A stretch of DNA of 64,000 bases, from assembly GCA_951406725.2 (NCBI GenBank), contig OX597825.1:87358001-87422000 (forward strand), written 5' to 3'. The notes beneath the pieces are model-generated. The model was given only the letters and a program-made list of their open reading frames with translations. It made no database searches and was not told the origin of the DNA. Source of the DNA: Octopus vulgaris (lineage: Eukaryota). Below, piece by piece: positions 28,081-42,436 of the stretch (positions are counted from its first letter, which is position 1; every line of letters begins with the position of its first letter). Made by a program: the position numbers and the translations under genes.

Positions 28081-30969
28081 ACGATGCTAATATTATTGTT
28101 GCTGTATTACCTATGCTACTACTATCTCTGATAGTCTTATCTACTTTGCATTGTTTTAACCCCTCACAGATAGCATTCACTCGATAGGGTAGAGTGTAGA
28201 TAAGTGGAAAAACAACGAACCATTGATACACTATTTAATTGCTATTATTGACTACAATCGTCTTAAATAATTGAAATATTTCTCACAAAACTTTTTATTA
28301 AGAATACTTATATTTATTGATTACTTTAACAGCTTATATCGCAGTTTTCTTTTAGAAAAAAAACGTCACACGTTTAAAAAAAATTGTGTTGGATGAGTTT
28401 TAGGTCGTGTAACAGCTCAAATACATTTAGTGGTCAGGCAAGACTTGGTTAAAATCACTCTCGCGAGACATTTATCTGAGAAATTTAATTTTATCATATA
28501 CACATAGATAGAGTGTGTGTGAATGTGTGTTTTACAGTATGTGTATTTGATTACATGAGAGCATGTGTGAGTGTGTGTTGACTCTCAAATCGAATGAAAC
28601 TTCCCATTATATATAAATGAAGTGGAGAATGTCGGTGATACACGGAAGCTAACAACGTTGTCAGTTGTAAGATGGAATTCAACTGCAAGTTTCTGATAAT
28701 CGTTATAACATACAAACTATGGCAAAGATATTTAGTATTTGATTACTTATGCATATGTGACGAATATGTGATACGCATTATAACAACACTGTGGTTTAAG
28801 CAACAACATCATTGATTTGTTAACTCTAATCTCGGTCGATAGACCCAGAGACGGTATCAAAGCATCCGTTACTACGCATTCACTCATGTGCATTGGATTT
28901 CTACTTCGTCTGTTTCACCAAAAGATGTCTACACCTCAGTGTTGAGAAGTGATTGTTCAGATTTGAAATTCCTCGTAGATTCTTTTAAGATTAAAAATTA
29001 ACAACCTTTCGATTTCTCGTTTGATACTTAATCAATAGTTCACTCTTGTTGTGCGTATATTATTATTTCCTGTGTCTGGGTTTGTGACGAGCTTCAGATG
29101 GAAGAAGAAGGTTGCCATAACTAAAATACATAATTTATTTTCTGCTCTCTTCGTTCTGAGTTCTCTTGGAGTGGAAATTAGTTTTCGTCTTATCTTTGTA
29201 GGAGAGGGATGTCGATAAAGCAAGTACTGCGAATAAAATAGGGCCAATTCGATCAATTATATTTTTCATTAGACGAATTGGAAAAAAATCAATAAATTAT
29301 TTATCAAGGGGAAAACCGCGACAATAGATGCAATTGTTTTATTTTCATAATTAAATGTATCAATCAATGTTTAATTAGTGCTATTGGCTGAACGAGAGAA
29401 AGTGGTTGCGATATCGTTCGGCTTTTTCCCGTGGGTTTACGCGAACATGTGTGAAATTAAATAGCTTAAAATCCGAATCGAACCCCCACCGTCGCCGCTT
29501 GCATTTGTGCATTTTAAAACGAGGCGTCATTGAGAAATCTCTTTAGAGAAAACATGCAGAATGAATCAGATTTCTTTACTCTCTACCTGCTACTTTTAGG
29601 AATTCATTCTATGAGTTATGCAAATTTCTTGGAATAATAATGGAAAAAAAGCTGATTCTTGTATCTCATTTGAAAGTCCGCTTACTTCAATGCGTACCAT
29701 TACTTTAATTTAATTTTTTTGTTGGAACTGTTCTGGGACTGCCTGATAGTATGTAAATTTGCAATATGCAAATTTCCTTTGAATTTCTAATTAATGTCTA
29801 GTGGAATCAAATCGCCAATTTATAATAGAGTAGTTGACGATAACTGATACAGACTCCACTCATCAATGAAATAACCAGGCGGCGTCCTTTGATAAATCCA
29901 TTTCAATAGAAACGTTGAAACATCTATTAGCAACACGCAAAATTCCTCCTCTCTGTTTGTGCCGACCATTTGGCATTATAAGCTAAATTAAAATAAATTA
30001 TCTGTGATATATTATTTTCAGAACATATTTTCACACAGCCATAGACATATAAAAATTTTAGACAAATATTTTGAACGAAGATCATAAATTACATTTGAAT
30101 AATTTTAGTTTTCATTTATTATATATAATGGTGCGATGGGGGTGTGGATAAACGTGGTATTCTACCGGTTATGTCTCTCCCAAAGAAACTTCTTGCATAA
30201 ATGAATTAACGTCACCTAAGTATCATACATATTTAATAAGGTTTCTGTTAGGTTAGGCTAAAATATTCCAACGTTTAAAAAGAGAGGTAATATGTCATTC
30301 CCAAAGGTATTAACAGCATAATTGATTCGAGAATATTTTAAATAAGAATTAAAATTGCATCACTATGTCCACTTGCCCAAAACCTTAACTTTCGCTTTGC
30401 GACGATCCTTATGACGAGTTAATAAAACTATTAATTTACAATATAATTAAGTTACAACATTGTATAATTAATAATGTTTGTAATGATGGCATGAAGCCAC
30501 GGATATTTCTTAGATGCTAAAAAACCATTCGAATCAGCGCTTATATCCTTCGTATTTTTATTTTAAAGACGAGGTCGATTCAGTCCACTTTTGAACTGAG
30601 CAGTAACTTTGTGACGTTTAGTCCGAAAGTGCACAGTCGTTATATTAATTTAATAATAGGTGGCCGTGGGAAATGGCCATGTGTTTCTAGGAAAGTAATA
30701 TATTGAAGTGGCTTCAAACTGTTATATTACCGATATTCCTATACCGGACACTCGTAAAAAATGCAAAATACGGATGACATGAATAAAGCCTGAAATGTGA
30801 ATATAAATGGAAGAGGAGAAAAACTGTGAAATACTTAAATTAATATTTAGTTACTACTTAATATGTTAGACTAAAGTTTGGTTAGTAAATTACTCGTCGA
30901 ATAACGATATATCTCTGATATATCTGAAGTTTATGCTTAATAACACGTTAACATGAAAACTAAAAATGG

Positions 30970-31003
<34 letters not shown>

Positions 31004-31006
<3 letters not shown>

Positions 31007-31153
31007 TGCAGGCATGGCTGTGTGGTAAGAAGCTTGCTTCCCAACCACATGGTTCCAGGTTCAGTCCCTCCGTGTGGGACCTTGGACAAGTGTCTTCTAC
31101 TTTAGAATCGGCCGACCAAAGTGAATTTGGTTGACGGAAACTGCAAGACGCCC

Positions 31154-31220
<67 letters not shown>

Positions 31221-31455
31221 ATATATGTATATATCTATGAGTGTATGTGGTTGTGTCTGTGTTTGTCCCTCCACCACTGCTTGAAACCGTGTTGGTGTGT
31301 TTAAGTCCCTGTACAGTAGTAGTTCGGCAAAAGAGAACACTATAATAAGTACCAGACTTTAAAAAAGACCTGGGTTCAATTTGTTCGACTAAAACGTCTT
31401 GAAGGCGGTGCTCCTACATCTCCACAGTCAGATGACCAGCACGAGTAAAAGAATA
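31004..31455 (+). mobile_element. tRNA-derived SINE, family S2, full length with internal microsatellite
   Basis: 'ggtgcaggcatggctgtgtggtaag...aggttcagtccc' head and 'gaaggcggtgctcctacatctccacagtc' tail. Confidence 0.85.
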
Positions 31456-31470
31456 TATATATATGTGTGT

Positions 31471-31550
<80 letters not shown>

Positions 31551-31612
31551 GTATATATGTGTGTGTGTATATATATTATATATATATATATACACATACA
31601 TATATATATATG

Positions 31613-31643
<31 letters not shown>

Positions 31644-31652
31644 GTATATATA

Positions 31653-31726
<74 letters not shown>

Positions 31727-31732
<6 letters not shown>

Positions 31733-31922
31733 TATATAGAAGGAGCTTCTACAGGACTAGTACTGTTTCATTCAAGAGAAATCTTCAGAGCTTCCTGAAA
31801 ATTTCTCTTGAATGAAACAGTACTAGTCCTGTAGAAGCTCCTTCTATATAATAAATTAATTTTATTCTGCTATGTATTGAGTACCTTACTTACTGTGGTT
31901 AACCCCGAATCAACCCGGGACC

Positions 31923-31926
<4 letters not shown>
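31727..31926 (+). mobile_element. Short PLE-type foldback insertion in (TA)n, family C
   Basis: 62-bp arms 31727-31788 and 31795-31856 with one mismatch and a 6-nt spacer, plus a 70-bp unpaired tail. Confidence 0.75.
31789..31839 (+). ncRNA. Type I hammerhead fold, family C
   Basis: AGCUUC-CUGAAAA-uUUC(UCUU)GAAu-GAAA-CAG(UACUAGUC)CUG-UA^-GAAGCU, with a perfect 6-bp stem I and 4-bp stem III. The inverted arm has the canonical CUGAAGA. Confidence 0.7.
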
Positions 31927-31988
<62 letters not shown>

Positions 31989-32321
31989 CGCATACATTCA
32001 CATTTGTTTAGTGACAGAGAGGGAATATGGAAAAAAATCAATGTTTTCGACCCATCTGTCGAGGCTGGGATTCAGAACATCTTGTTTAGGTGTATCGCTA
32101 GGTGGAGACGTGTCTCCTTAGGTGATTTCAATATGTATCGTTAAAATAAACTCTGTTCCGTAAGATTTCTTTTTGGTCTTCGAATATAGAAGTGGTAAAT
32201 TAAGCTATACAGCTGCATTCTTACAGACGATCCATAACAATACCAGATACAAAAACAGACAAATACACAATAGAAGGAAAAAGTATTAGTAGATATGGAT
32301 GTACAAACTCATATATACATA

Positions 32322-32475
32322 TATGAAGGTGTGCTGAAAAGTTCCTGCCTTTAAGGGTACCATGGAAAGCTTGGCTGGTAGGGTCGAAAATTCCACGTTC
32401 TTTTACAGGGCTTTCAAAAACTGAAGGACCGCTGCAATAAGTGTATGCATGTGAGAGGGGAATATGTCGAATATT
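32322..32475 (+). mobile_element. Mariner-derived non-autonomous fragment
   Basis: TIR-like 'tatgaaggtgtgctgaaaagttcctg' followed closely by a transposase C-terminus, GFQKLKDRCNKCMHVRGEYVE. Confidence 0.7.
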
Positions 32476-34556
32476 TTTCGTATAGATTTTTGACAAAGGA
32501 ATTCAAAAATATAGCATTTCAAATTTCACTGGATAGAAATAATCATTTGAACTATCTATTGTACTCTTCTGGCTCCCAGAATAATACAAAAACGGTAATC
32601 CTATGCCTACGGTTTATCTTTGTGTGTATGTCCTCTCCATCATCTAATGATACCTTAAAACCACTGTTAGAAATATGGTAGTCGCAATAATCCAATGTCG
32701 TTTGAAATAAAGTGTATATCGGTTTAAAATGAAAAACATTAACTATGATGTTTAGCGAAGTAAACTAGGAACTTAAAAAAATAATTTTTATCGATACAAA
32801 ACAAGAAATATCTAAACTTTAGCTGATATATGAATTCATTTAAAATGTTTAAGCAGACAAAGAATTGCAGTTACATAAAGATGGTGTTTTCAGATTCGTC
32901 GATATTCGAGCCTCCGGCATTCATGAAGAAGGGCGTTTAACAGAAATGGAAATCTAGTTAAGTATACCAGACACCGTCAGCTATGATTTTGTTCGTTCTT
33001 CTCAATGAAACATAATTGACTGTTAAACTGTTGATGTGTTCAATAAATTTAAATTTTACTGCCTATCAGCAAAGCCTATCAATAATGCAAGACAGAAATA
33101 CCAAAAGAATAGGAAAGTTATTAAAATATTTATACTTTTTAAATTTAATAATTATGGTAATTAACTGCCCGTTTGACTGTGACAGAAATCAATGATGGTA
33201 AGGATTACATGCATTGGTTTGCGTTAAAATGAGACAAAATTTAAGCCGCAAATAAGGTCATTTATATTCAGTTTGAATAACTCGTTTGTGAATACAGCAA
33301 ACTTTCTCTCGCTAATGACTTCTGAACTTGACAATCACATTAATGCTTCCTTATTTAGCGCATTCATCCGTGAAGTGAGACCTGAATCTGCCATTTGCAT
33401 CAATACATTCGAAGAGTGTAGGTAGTGGTTACAGCAGTGTAGAATTAAAATACTTCAATACACTAGGCTGGACGAAGTCCAACAGTTCATTGGTGATCGA
33501 ATCTTAACTAAAATTAATATTTCGTATGGTTCGTAAAAATTATCACTAATTGAATATTACTTATACTTACTGAATCAAACACTATTTGTAAAGTTCTAGC
33601 AATTCTCCGTAACTGAGACAACTCCTCCTTTGTTTCTTGTACGTATGCAAATTTAAAAATAAAATCATTCAGTGTTTTCTGTTGTAAACCATTGCTTGCA
33701 CACATTTACCAAGAAAAACACAAGTATTAACTCGCAGAATATTTCATATTCCTATGCTCTTTCTTTTGGGACCTGCCAACGTCTAACTGTTGTCCTCGGC
33801 ATAAATAATTGTTTCGTGCCTTAAGGTAACGTTTGTCCAATACATACAAGGAAATCCGGTTGAATGGAAATAGAATTCATCGAAACGAAAGTGAAACTTA
33901 GGATCAGCCAAAGACGAAGCGATTTGTTATACATCGACTAGTAACTCTGTCCCACCAAACGGATTTCGTTCCTATATATCTGAGAGCACGCGCTCTAGCT
34001 CTGACAAAAAGAATTCGCCGAGGGTCACTCTCGCCACAAACATCTCATTTCATGCCATTTCTAAGTCGTCTGTGTTGTAACCAGGGCTCCTTCTATTCTA
34101 CTTTTCTCTATCATCCTACTAATTCTTATCGATTATATTCTAATCACTTTTTTCAAGACGATTCACCATTTGGAATTGACAAATTTCTCTGTTTTTGTCC
34201 GCTTAATTAATTCGCTTAATCCTGTATCTGTAAGACTAATGCACAAGGAATGCTCTGTTTAGCTTTTGAGTAAACCCTATTTCAGGAGTAAATAAGAAGA
34301 AACACTTAGCTTATCCCTTTAAAACAACTTTTAGCTGCTCGTGGCTGTTTCCGCGAGTGAGTTTGCTGGAGATTTTTCTGAATATTCCCTCGGATATTTT
34401 CTCATTTATCAGGATATTTCAACGATATTAGTTTCCCTGTCTTTTGTGATGTTTTAATGTTTTTATGTGAGTCTGCAGGATATTTTGGGTGCAATGGAAC
34501 AACCGTATGAACAATTTGTTTTATTATCATAGTTTTTGTTGTTGTTGTCGTTGTTG

Positions 34557-34623
<67 letters not shown>

Positions 34624-36290
34624 TAGTATCATTATCATCATTATTATTATTATTATTGCCTTGCTGTAGTTGCTGTTGTTATTATTATTGTTATCATTAT
34701 TTCATCTTTCACATCCCAAACATTAATAATGTCAACGACTGAAGTTCCCCTAAAATGTATAACATTATAACTGCTAAAGACAATTGACCCGATGCGTTGT
34801 TAGGAATGTGTGAATTCAATTCGAGAATAATTTTACATTTGAAACACTTTGCCGAAATGATGACAGTGTTACTGTATCATCGTCGTTGCATTGTCTGCAC
34901 TGAAACCGGAACACATGCTAAGAACAGACTCTCTGCGCACACTTGTAAATGCATGCAGTAATGGGTTCTAGGTTCATTACTTAAACTCTATCACTGCTGT
35001 AAGTTTCACGAGTGTTTATTTCACTTGCAATAGTTATTTCCGACAGAGAATTAATTTTACTATTGTGTAGGAATAGATAAGTTACTCATAAAAGAGACAT
35101 CTTCATTGAAATGTAGAACTAGATCTAGAAACTTCTAGCTCAGTTTACCGGAGTGTAAATATTAAATTCAAAAACTATATTATATAAAATGTACATTCCA
35201 ATTGATGTTCAAAAGTGGAACCGGATGATTAACTTGCTTAAACGAACAATAATATCAAGTGAAATTTTAACATTGATTCAAACATTGTCAAATGGAAAAT
35301 GTAAACGTTAAAAATTGACTCAATTATAAAAGGAAAATATAACAAGTTTATAGAGAAGAAGTTCTACTTCATAGAATATAAAATTACATTGCATTCTAAA
35401 TATTGGAATTCGCTCACCGAATAGATTTCTCCTTGGTAACAGAGTCAAATCTCATTTTCATGCTTTTCTGCAAACATCCCAAGCAAATCGATGAATTCAC
35501 TAGAAGAATGATTACCTCTAAATTGCAGAGTTAATCGTGCAAAAACGAATCATTTTGGTATGTATGTATGTATACACACACATACACACACGCACGCGCG
35601 CACGCACACACACACACACACACACACGCACACACACTCCCATATTAGTGATATATGATGTTTCTATATTTACACTTACCTAAACATACCTGCACACATC
35701 TATGTACATAAATGTATACATAAAAACATACTCAGGTGTGTATTAAAAACACACATATAACAAACAATTAACTATCATTTAGGTCGGTTCTTCTCTCTGA
35801 AAACTATGATGATCCTCAGAGAGGTTGAAGAAATAAGCAAAAATTTCTCTCAATCCTTATGGGGACATCAAAGAAATTTAAACTAGTTTTATTATAAACA
35901 CGGAGTTGTAATATATGCAATTATGTGTCTATATGGTTGTAACGTATACACACTTGATTCAAGGTATATGTAATGCATACAACTGTTTGCGTAAAGTTGT
36001 TATGTATACAGTGGTTTTTCCTCGCAAAGCCGAAGCAAATATACTGTACAAAGTTTTGAATTTAGTAACAGTAGAAAATTACATTTCTAAACACCATATA
36101 CAACTCTTCGTCCTAAAACATATTTAAGTATAAAATTGTAAATACAGACAAATAATTCCAGCATTTATATTACAAACATACACACACACATACATACATA
36201 CAGACATACATACATACATACATACAGACATACATACATACACGCTATATTAAAATATATATATCTGCATATGAATATGTGTGTATATAT

Positions 36291-36344
<54 letters not shown>

Positions 36345-36478
36345 GTGCATGTCAACCATTAGATCTATATACGTAAATGTATATTTATACGTATTTAAAT
36401 ATGCAACAATACAAACAGACACTTACATATATGTATGCATACATACATATATGCACGCACACATGCACACACACGCAC

Positions 36479-36517
<39 letters not shown>

Positions 36518-37467
36518 TGTGTATATGTGTACGTGTATGTATGAATACATAAATGCACATGTATGTGTATATAATCATACCTCCCATTCTAGTATATGTA
36601 CACACCCACTATATATACATATATATATGTAAGTGTATATATATGTATATATATATATATAAACTTGTATGTATATATACATATCTATATATATATATAA
36701 ACTTTATATATATATATAAACATATATGTATATACATACACACACACACACATATATATATATATAAATATATATATGTATATATGCTCATATATATACA
36801 TATTAATGTGTATGCATATGTGTGCGCAATCGCGTTCGCGTGTGTGCGTGTATGAAATCTGCTACTTATTCTCTTCCATTTACTTTGTGACTACACATAA
36901 ACTTAAAAGAATATTTTACATTCATGAAATGTCCACCAACAATATCTGAGGTCAAAGCCGATTCTAGCTCAATTCTTTCTTTTATTTCTCTTTAATTTCC
37001 ATTACAAGTTTATCATTATCTTGATCTTTTATTATTATATCTCGACACATGTTTTCTTTTTTTTTATTAATACTTATTTTCTTATTCGAATTTCGATAAT
37101 AAATAATAATGACTTTACTTGAATTATGCATATTTGCCAGTCGATATAATCAATACAACCGGTTCTGTTTGCCTATTGTTAATACTGTTGTTGTGCAGTT
37201 ATCGAACGGAATATTCTGGCGACTACAATAGCTTGCCGATTTAAACCGGAATCTATTCCGGTTCTTACTTTCGCAACTTCAAAAATATACAAGAGGCTTG
37301 TTTCGTGCTTTGCATGAATACGAAAAAAAAAAGTGTAAATGGATATTTCAACACCCCAAAATCTTGCTTCTTTTAAAAATATCACACAATACATATTATT
37401 CTTATTAATTCAATAGTGGTAATGGTATTGGTGCTCTTAATGCTTCGGACATATATGGCCTTCAATG

Positions 37468-37580
<113 letters not shown>

Positions 37581-37749
37581 AAAAATAGAAGATAGACGAA
37601 CATCGACAATAATTCAAAATATTGAAATGTTTTGGCCGGCTTAAGGAGAATGTGTGTGGAAATGGTTTATGAAACACGTACATTTGATCAGATAAGAGAG
37701 AAGAAAGGCACAATATCATAAGCATGATCTGCAATAACCGCAAATACAT

Positions 37750-38130
37750 GAAAAGCATCTGGGATTGGCAAGTCCCACAATTTCTGGTTGGAGCGCCTGA
37801 CTAGTATGCATGGCAATACAATAGTGGTATACAATGGAATGGTAAGCTGACCAAAATCAATGCATGATTTTGTGGATATCAATATGAGTCATGAAAACGT
37901 AAATACTAGAAACCCAGGAAATTATAACTGCCTGTCAAAGTTGAAGAAAATCCTTCAAGTGGATATCGAAGACAAGCTGGTTTCTCACATGGGGAGCAAT
38001 ATTATATTACGAGAGGAGGAATATTGGTATCGGAAAGAATACATGGCAGCTTTTTGTGAACTGGGCGATTATAGAAAACAATAGATTGAAGGAGGAAACG
38101 TGGAACATGGCCTGTATTGACAACTGAAAC
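37750..38130 (+). pseudogene. Degenerate RT fragment of an R4/Dong-like (RLE-type) non-LTR element
   Basis: KASGIGKSHNFWLERLTSMH; NTRNPGNY(N)CLSKLKKIL...DKLVSHMGSNIIL.EE; NMACID (family pattern KAPG.D...NFWLK, P.NYRPITCL, MAWIDY). Confidence 0.68.
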
Positions 38131-38133
38131 ATG

Positions 38134-38400
38134 GAGTAAAGATTGTTTGCCAACATTACATGGCCGTCCTGGTTTAGGACGAATGTTGCTGTAATTTAGC
38201 CCCAGGAGACATCGTCTCCAGCTGGCTATACGACACGATCCTTATATTGTCGTATAGCCAGCTGGAGACGATGTCTCCTGGGGCTAAATTACAGCAACAT
38301 TCGTCCTAAACCAGGACTGCCATGTTATGTTGGCAAAAATCTTTACTTCAAATTACTGTTGCTGAATATCTCTCGCTGTGAGATTTCAAAATAGAAATTT
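38134..38400. mobile_element. Foldback MITE, family F (young near-perfect hairpin)
   Basis: About 100-bp arms 38134-38235 and 38248-38347 with a 12-nt spacer. The right terminus continues 'ctgttgctgaatatctctcgctgtgagattt' as in the 22955 copy. Confidence 0.85.
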
Positions 38401-39221
38401 TCCGATTGAAACACCTAAAGAATATTCCGAACAACCGGATGCTGAAGATCTTCTAAATAAATAAGTAAATAAATGAATCTTTTCAAGTATTAAAGAATTA
38501 TATTCAAATGTTTAACCATTCTACGTCAAAATAAGAAAGATCAATTTCCATTAAAATCAAAGACAAAAATAATTAAACCTAAAATAGTAACCCTATTAAG
38601 AGGGAGATACTCATTACCCCGCCCCCCTTTCCTCCATCTCTACTATTTTAAGAAATCTGCTGAATGAGGTCACCATTTTGGACATAGGATAAAACATCAT
38701 CTCTGTATATAATATGCACGCCGAAAAAAATCGAGCTGGAAATCCTTTAAAATGCTGCTCAAAAATTCGGCTCTGAAATAAGAGGGTGTATAGGATTAGT
38801 GAAAGAATCAAAATTACTATAATATGGAACATTAACGTTTTGCTAGTTTTGTGAAAATGTATAACTGGAAATTCAGAACGCCCAAGAAACGGTTTATGAT
38901 TTAAACAGGAACTACACATTCTCACAATCTGGGAATCTCTGCGTGTATCGCAATACTAACAATTACCTGCTCATCATCAGTTAGGGAATCCTAGTACTCC
39001 GAGTGGTTGTGTTGGCAGTAGGTTCACCTCACCTGAACCCGACCAAATTAACTGCAGGATTACTATTGATATGTATCACATCTCCATCGGAAAAGGTTAA
39101 GTGGTTCACGCATCTTGCCGAAGTGTGTCTTACGCTTGACTCGGATTTCACCCAATCTCTTAAAATACCATTCTAGCTGCCAACTCAAACGATTCAAGAC
39201 TTGAAGAAGCCCCTGTTGAGC

Positions 39222-39281
<60 letters not shown>

Positions 39282-39997
39282 TACATGGAAATATGGACTT
39301 CAACATCTCTCTTCCTCCCACCCGCTCACTGTCTGTTTCTCTCTTCTATAAATGCGCTCCTTTTTTCAATATTTATTTTTGTTTGCAATAGTCGGTTTTT
39401 TGGGTCAAACTGTCGCATCTCCAGCTGCTTCAGTACCAACATATCAAAGGGAAGTACAACGTTTTTGCCATGGAATGGTGAAACGTTTTGGACTTACGGC
39501 ACTTTTGAATAATAGCAACGATATGTATATGTATACACACACACACACACACGTGTATGCGTGTGTATGTATATATGACTAGGTGAGCTGTTTTGCTATT
39601 ATATTTCTCAAGATGTCAACATATTAGCTTTTTAGAAACAAAACCAAGAAGCTGCAGTATAGCTTTGGCCTTTCATATTATTAAATTTTCTGTTCTGTAA
39701 ATATATTTTCGTTATTAACTCAGACGTGGTCTATTTTCGTCTGCTCCTTATTCTTATGCTTCTCCACTACTTTCGATAATCTCTTATTTTATCCGATGCT
39801 CCTATTTACGTTAGTTAATCTAATACATTTATACACGATTGCATTCCGTTTTCCCCCTCCAAACATTTCATGAATTTCCATTAGCATCCGCAAATATTTT
39901 ATTTCTGCTCTTCTGATTCATTTTCATTTTTATACACCTTTATCATTAGTACACATACATACATACACACACATACATACATACATACATACATACA

Positions 39998-40072
<75 letters not shown>

Positions 40073-40159
40073 GTATATCTATACACATATAATATACAAG
40101 TTTATATATGTACGTATGTATATAGCTATCTATCTACATTTATATCTGTGTATATATTC

Positions 40160-40203
<44 letters not shown>

Positions 40204-40275
40204 GTGTGTGTGTGTGTGTAAAGTTTGAGAGAAGTATAGAAACAATGAAAAGATAGGATGCCAAGTGTATTGTTG

Positions 40276-40330
<55 letters not shown>

Positions 40331-41125
40331 TGAAATAGATAGATAGATAGATAGATGGATGGATAGATCAATAGATCACACAGATGGAGATATATGAGCA
40401 GAGGTATTTCTGTCTAATTCCTATTCTTAAATTCGCAGTCAATTCGCCATATATTGTTATTTCATCATTATTACAGACGGCTGCAACGATTGTCTGCATC
40501 ATGTGCTGTCTGCCTTTATTTGGCAATGTTTGCACATTACTTTGAAAAAAATATTACTATCTCTCCTTGATCATGAATATATTTTGCTTTGACAGACACT
40601 TGACAGTCTGACATAATACATAAATCTATGCAAATGGATGCTCTACCGTGCCATCAGCTAAAAACCGGCAATTGATTGTGATTGCGTGAGTAGCAGTGCA
40701 ATGGAAATGGCATTCGCGAAGCTCTAATGTTATTGTTTTTTAAATATTGTTTGGAAGTGTTACACATATATAAACACATTCATTATGCTCTTAGATACAC
40801 GCACGAAATATACGCGCATGCACACACACACACGCATAAATAGTCAATGAGATTTGTCTAGTTATTGAAGGATAGGAATTAGACATAAATACCTCTGGCA
40901 ATACATATATATGCATGAATATAAAGTTATGTAGCATAAATATCAGTCTATCTATCTCTTTATCTATCTATCTGTGAATCTATTTGTCTGTCTTTCTTTC
41001 TCTCTCCAAGTATATATGGAGATCTCCCCACACACACACCTCTACATACATACGTGCATAATACATGCATAAATTCATACATATATACATACATACGTAC
41101 GTATATATATATATAAATATATATA

Positions 41126-41195
<70 letters not shown>

Positions 41196-41513
41196 CCTAC
41201 ATACATACATACATACATACATACATACATACATACATACATACATACATACATACATACATACATAGATATCAATGAAGCATCAGGAAAACAGAACTAC
41301 TCAGACTGCAACACAGAACATTTTATTAAATAAGTTTCAAACGAATCTATTTTTGTCAAGAAATAAAAAAACAACAGGTATTGTTTATGCCTCTCAGTTT
41401 TTCGAAAAAGAGCAAAGTTACAGAAATACTAGTTTTAGGCTATTTATCGTGCTTCCGCTTATAACTGTCAGTTTGTCATTAATCAAAACAAAGTGAATAT
41501 ATATATGTATATA

Positions 41514-41589
<76 letters not shown>

Positions 41590-41769
41590 CATACACACAC
41601 ATATTTGTATGTATGTGAGTGTGTGTGCATTTATATATATATGAATGGATGTGTGTGCATATTTACAAATATATGTATGTATACACGCACACACACACAG
41701 ATATATATATATATGCATCATCAATACATATTGCTCTATCTGCAATATATTTCTGTATATATGTACAAC

Positions 41770-42436
41770 TGTATTTATGTATGTATTTATGTATGTATTT
41801 ATGTATGTATTTATGTATGTATTTATGTATGTATGTATGTATGTATGTATGTATGTATGTATGTATTTATGTATGTATTTATGTATGTATTTATGTATGT
41901 ATTTATGTATGTATTTATGTATGTATTTATGTATGTATGTATGTATGTATTTATGTATGTATCTATGTATGTATTTATGTATGTATGTATTTATGTATGT
42001 ATTTATGTATGTATGTATTTATGTATGTATGTATGTATGTATGTATTTATGTATGTGTGTATTTATGTATGTGTGTATGTATGTATGTTTGTATGTATGT
42101 ATGTATTTATGTATGTATCTATGTATATATGTATATATGTATGTATGTATGTATGCATGTATGTATGTATATATGTATGTATGCATGCATGTATGTATGT
42201 ATTTAAGTACGTATGTATGTATGTATGTATGTATGTATGTATGTATGCATGCATGTATGTATGTATTTATGTATGTATGTAAGTATGTATGTATTTATGT
42301 ATGTATTTATGTATCTATGTATGTATGTATGCATGTAAGTGTGTATGTATGTATTTATGTATGTATGTATTTATGTATGTATGTATGTATGTATGTATGT
42401 ATGTATGTACGTATTATGTACGTATGTACGTATGTA
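41770..42436. repeat. Long degenerate (TATG)n array with (TATTTATGTATG) higher-order units
   Basis: Directly visible. Confidence 0.95.

Noticed and set aside
38350-38400. Short 3' hairpin suggesting a Helentron/DINE-type element
   Set aside because: The 22955-23303 copy shows this sequence mirrored at both ends, so it is part of a long TIR.
39352-39582. 76-aa ORF resembling a secreted peptide (MRSFFQYLFLFAIVGFLGQTVA...)
   Set aside because: It lies in a small island between microsatellites and runs into (CA)n. No splice or homology support.
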